A stretch of DNA of 64,000 nucleotides from an uncultured Polynucleobacter sp. (GTDB taxonomy: Bacteria > Pseudomonadota > Gammaproteobacteria > Burkholderiales > Burkholderiaceae): positions 24,193-88,192 of the forward strand of contig CAZWPR010000003.1 in assembly GCA_964636135.1 (NCBI GenBank), in the 5' to 3' direction. Below are positions 61,406-64,000 of the stretch, one piece after another. The translations under genes and the position numbers were made by a program. The notes under the pieces are model-generated. The model searched no databases and was not told where the DNA came from. It was given only the letters and a program-made list of their open reading frames with translations. The first letter of the stretch is position 1. Each line of letters begins with the position of its first letter.

Positions 61406-61948
61406 ATGGGTATTTCAATTGCATTCAGTAAGTCGGTGAAAAATATGCTGCATTTGATTGGAGCCATATCATTCATAACGGCCTACATCACCGCAGACAG
61501 TGAGTCATTTCGTCTGGTGCATGTGTATTGTGGATATGGCTTCGGGATCATTTTTCTGTTGCGTTTGTGCTGGGGCTCAATTGCCGGTGGAGCTAGTTCG
61601 CTCCGCGCCCTATGGCGAAGGGCAAGTATGGTCAAGGGAATTCAAGCGGACATGAAGGCACTCGAGATACAACGCCTCTGGAACTGGAATCGGTGGTACG
61701 GTGCTTTCATGGGCGTATTTATTTTGGTGATGTATGTGTTAACGCCTTTGTTAGTGCTTACTGGGATTGGGGGCTATGAAGAATGGGGCGGCAAGTGGCT
61801 ACGAGCAATCTTTGAGGGCTCGCATGAGACTCTGGGTGAAATGTACCTTTTCATTATCTTTGTACATTTAGTACTCGTAGGGGTGCGATATGTTCGAACG
61901 CGGCTACTGGAATCTCGCGCTGCAGTCAGTGACCCTGCTGTTAATTAA
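61406..61948 (+). CDS. Cytochrome b (Ni-hydrogenase cyt b / b561-like)
   Basis: Four TM segments with four candidate heme-ligand His (MLH, VHV, SHE, VHL); LRL.WG motif. Confidence 0.75.
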   Translation: MGISIAFSKSVKNMLHLIGAISFITAYITADSESFRLVHVYCGYGFGIIFLLRLCWGSIAGGASSLRALWRRASMVKGIQADMKALEIQRLWNWNRWYGAFMGVFILVMYVLTPLLVLTGIGGYEEWGGKWLRAIFEGSHETLGEMYLFIIFVHLVLVGVRYVRTRLLESRAAVSDPAVN

Positions 61949-61982
61949 ATCGGCGTGCATCAGCCCATTCGTCCAGGCTAAC

Positions 61983-62009
61983 AAAAAAGCCACCCAAAGG
62001 TGGCTTTTC
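61983..62009. terminator. Bidirectional terminator between the cytochrome b gene and pntB
   Basis: AAAAGCCACC-CAAA-GGTGGCTTTT. Confidence 0.85.
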
Positions 62010-62027
62010 ACTCAACAGCAAGACTAG

Positions 62028-63395
62028 TTATTCAACGGCCTTGACCATGTCCTCAATGACCTTCTTCGCATCACCGAAGACCATCATGGTTTTATCCATA
62101 TAGAAGAGTTCGTTATCTAAGCCAGCGTAACCGGCAGCCATCGAACGCTTGTTAACAATGATGGTTTTGGCTTTGAAGGCCTCCAAAATTGGCATACCGA
62201 AGATGGGGCTACCAGGTGTACGTGCCGCAGGGTTCACCACGTCGTTTGCGCCTAGAACGAGAACCACATCAGCCTGACCGAAGTCGCTGTTGATGTCTTC
62301 CATCTCAAATACTTGGTCGTAGGGCACTTCAGCTTCCGCCAGCAAGACGTTCATGTGACCGGGCATCCGTCCTGCAACAGGGTGGATTGCATACTTCACC
62401 GTGACTCCGTGGTGAGTCAACTTCTCGGTTAATTCTTTGAGTGCATGTTGCGCACGCGCAACCGCCAAACCGTAGCCTGGAACAATGATCACGGTATCAG
62501 CATTGGTCATCAAGAATGCCGCATCCTCAGCTGAGCCCGATTTATAGTTCTTTGGAGCACCATCATCGTCACCGCCAGCGGCTGCTTCAGCACCAAAGCC
62601 GCCGAGCAACACTGCGACGATTGAACGGTTCATCGCTTTACACATGATGTAAGACAGAATTGCACCTGAAGAGCCAACGCAGGCGCCAGCAATAATCAAG
62701 ACTGGGTTATTGAGGGTAAAGCCAATGCCCGCCGCTGCCCAGCCAGAATAGCTATTAAGCATCGACACCACCACTGGCATATCGGCACCACCAATGGGGA
62801 TGATCAAGGTCACGCCGAGTACCAAGGCAACTGCGCACATGGCCAGGAAAGCTGCATGGCTATCGGTCAAGAAATACACCACGCCAGCCCCAACCATCAA
62901 TATGGCAAGAATCAGGTTCAGCATGTGCTGGCCAGAGAAAGTCACTGGCTTGCCGCTGACTTTACCGGACAACTTACCGAAAGCAATGATCGAGGCGGTA
63001 AAGGTAATCGCACCTATGAAGGCACCAATAAAGAGTTCGATCTTCTGTGCGCCCGAATGATCTTGTGCGGGATTGATAACTGCCGCAATGGCGATCAGTA
63101 CCGCGGATAGACCAACAAAGGAGTGCATTAACGCAACCAGCTCAGGCATCTTGGTCATTTGCACGCGTTTAGCAGCAATCGAACCGATGATCGCGCCAGC
63201 AACAATGGCAACGCCAATCAGCCAGTAGACCGGCTTAAATGTGGGGATCAAGAACGTGGTGATGACGGCGAGTAACATGCCGATCATTCCATAGACGTTA
63301 CCTTGACGGGAGGTGGTTGGTGACGATAAGCCCCGCAACGCGAGGATAAAGAGCACCGAAGAAATGAGATAAGAAATCGCTGTGATATTAGACAT
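62028..63395 (-). CDS. pntB: NAD(P) transhydrogenase beta subunit
   Basis: MPELVALMHS, IGGADMPVV.SMLNSYSG, PGYG, HPVAGRMPGHMNVLLAEA, GANDVVNP. Confidence 0.97.
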   Translation of the reverse strand: MSNITAISYLISSVLFILALRGLSSPTTSRQGNVYGMIGMLLAVITTFLIPTFKPVYWLIGVAIVAGAIIGSIAAKRVQMTKMPELVALMHSFVGLSAVLIAIAAVINPAQDHSGAQKIELFIGAFIGAITFTASIIAFGKLSGKVSGKPVTFSGQHMLNLILAILMVGAGVVYFLTDSHAAFLAMCAVALVLGVTLIIPIGGADMPVVVSMLNSYSGWAAAGIGFTLNNPVLIIAGACVGSSGAILSYIMCKAMNRSIVAVLLGGFGAEAAAGGDDDGAPKNYKSGSAEDAAFLMTNADTVIIVPGYGLAVARAQHALKELTEKLTHHGVTVKYAIHPVAGRMPGHMNVLLAEAEVPYDQVFEMEDINSDFGQADVVLVLGANDVVNPAARTPGSPIFGMPILEAFKAKTIIVNKRSMAAGYAGLDNELFYMDKTMMVFGDAKKVIEDMVKAVE

Positions 63396-63407
63396 GGTGT
63401 GGTTCTC

Positions 63408-63746
63408 TTACTTTGTGCCAGCGGCTTCGTTTTTAGGAGCCTTCTTTTTAAACATTTCGAGCATGCGCCGAGTGACCATAAAGCCACCAAAAATGTTTAT
63501 CGAGGCGAGGAAGACGGCTAGTGCGCCAATCAAGCTGGTGAGGGTAATTTCATCGCCATTGATGACTTCGGTTTGCAACAAAGCGCCAACGATGATAATT
63601 CCAGAAATCGCATTGGTCACCGCCATTAATGGCGTATGCAATGCGGGCGTGACGTTCCAAACTACGTGGTAGCCCACAAAAATGGCTAGCACAAACACCG
63701 TAATGTTTTGGACCGTAAGAATACTTTGAATTGCAGCTGCATCCAT
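63408..63746 (-). CDS. pntAB: NAD(P) transhydrogenase alpha-2 (membrane) subunit
   Basis: [34 protein letters not shown] at 63746 is best spaced from the GAAGGA RBS. Confidence 0.95.
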   Translation of the reverse strand: MDAAAIQSILTVQNITVFVLAIFVGYHVVWNVTPALHTPLMAVTNAISGIIIVGALLQTEVINGDEITLTSLIGALAVFLASINIFGGFMVTRRMLEMFKKKAPKNEAAGTK

Positions 63747-63763
63747 GATCATTCCTTCAATAA

Positions 63764-64000
63764 TTAATTGGTACGGACAGCTTGGCCATCACGACACATG
63801 AGGCAGGCTGCAACAATGTCATCATCGGCGGCAGCAGGGATAGCCAACTGCGCTTCTTTATTGATGATGAGTTTCATAAAGTCCAGTACGTTGCGCGCGT
63901 AAAGTGCCGACGCATCTGCCGCAACCATGCTGGGTAAATTGGTATAGCCAACAATTTTCACGCCATTCGCATCGACGATTTGGTCTGCGCGAGTGAGGGG
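63764..64000 (-). CDS. pntAA: NAD(P) transhydrogenase alpha-1 subunit (C-terminal part; starts beyond the window)
   Basis: [23 protein letters not shown] and DDIV; directly upstream of the alpha-2 and beta genes. Confidence 0.9.
   Translation of the reverse strand, partial: PLTRADQIVDANGVKIVGYTNLPSMVAADASALYARNVLDFMKLIINKEAQLAIPAAADDDIVAACLMCRDGQAVRTN

Overview
Mostly core-chromosome DNA from a small-genome Burkholderiaceae bacterium. Gene order and protein style suggest Polynucleobacter (inference). Housekeeping blocks: miaB-ybeY-corC-lnt, tRNA-Met, htpG, recA-recX (LexA box), sucCD, moaC/bepA, waaF, ilvE, pgk-pyk-fba-purC-purE-purK-sua5, dacB, groESL (sigma32 promoter plus CIRCE) and pntAB. 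I saw no IS element, prophage, integrase or CRISPR array. The most interesting modules are: (1) a cNMP-CBS-nucleotidyltransferase (DUF294) plus DEDDh exonuclease plus membrane protein plus TPR plus DUF4212 plus large solute:sodium symporter cluster, a candidate nucleotidylation writer/eraser system controlling a transporter; (2) a BvgASR/EvgAS-like triad (catalytically dead EAL protein, NarL-type regulator, unorthodox hybrid kinase) with a palindromic candidate binding site; (3) a PepSY plus two-component system divergent from an SHP-diheme cytochrome c-cytochrome b operon. Smaller observations are a frameshifted alpha/beta hydrolase, an NtrC-like box at a glnK-less amt, an orphan Rap1a-type immunity gene and a structured intergenic element before a pilin gene. 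All calls come from reading motifs by eye; no searches were run.
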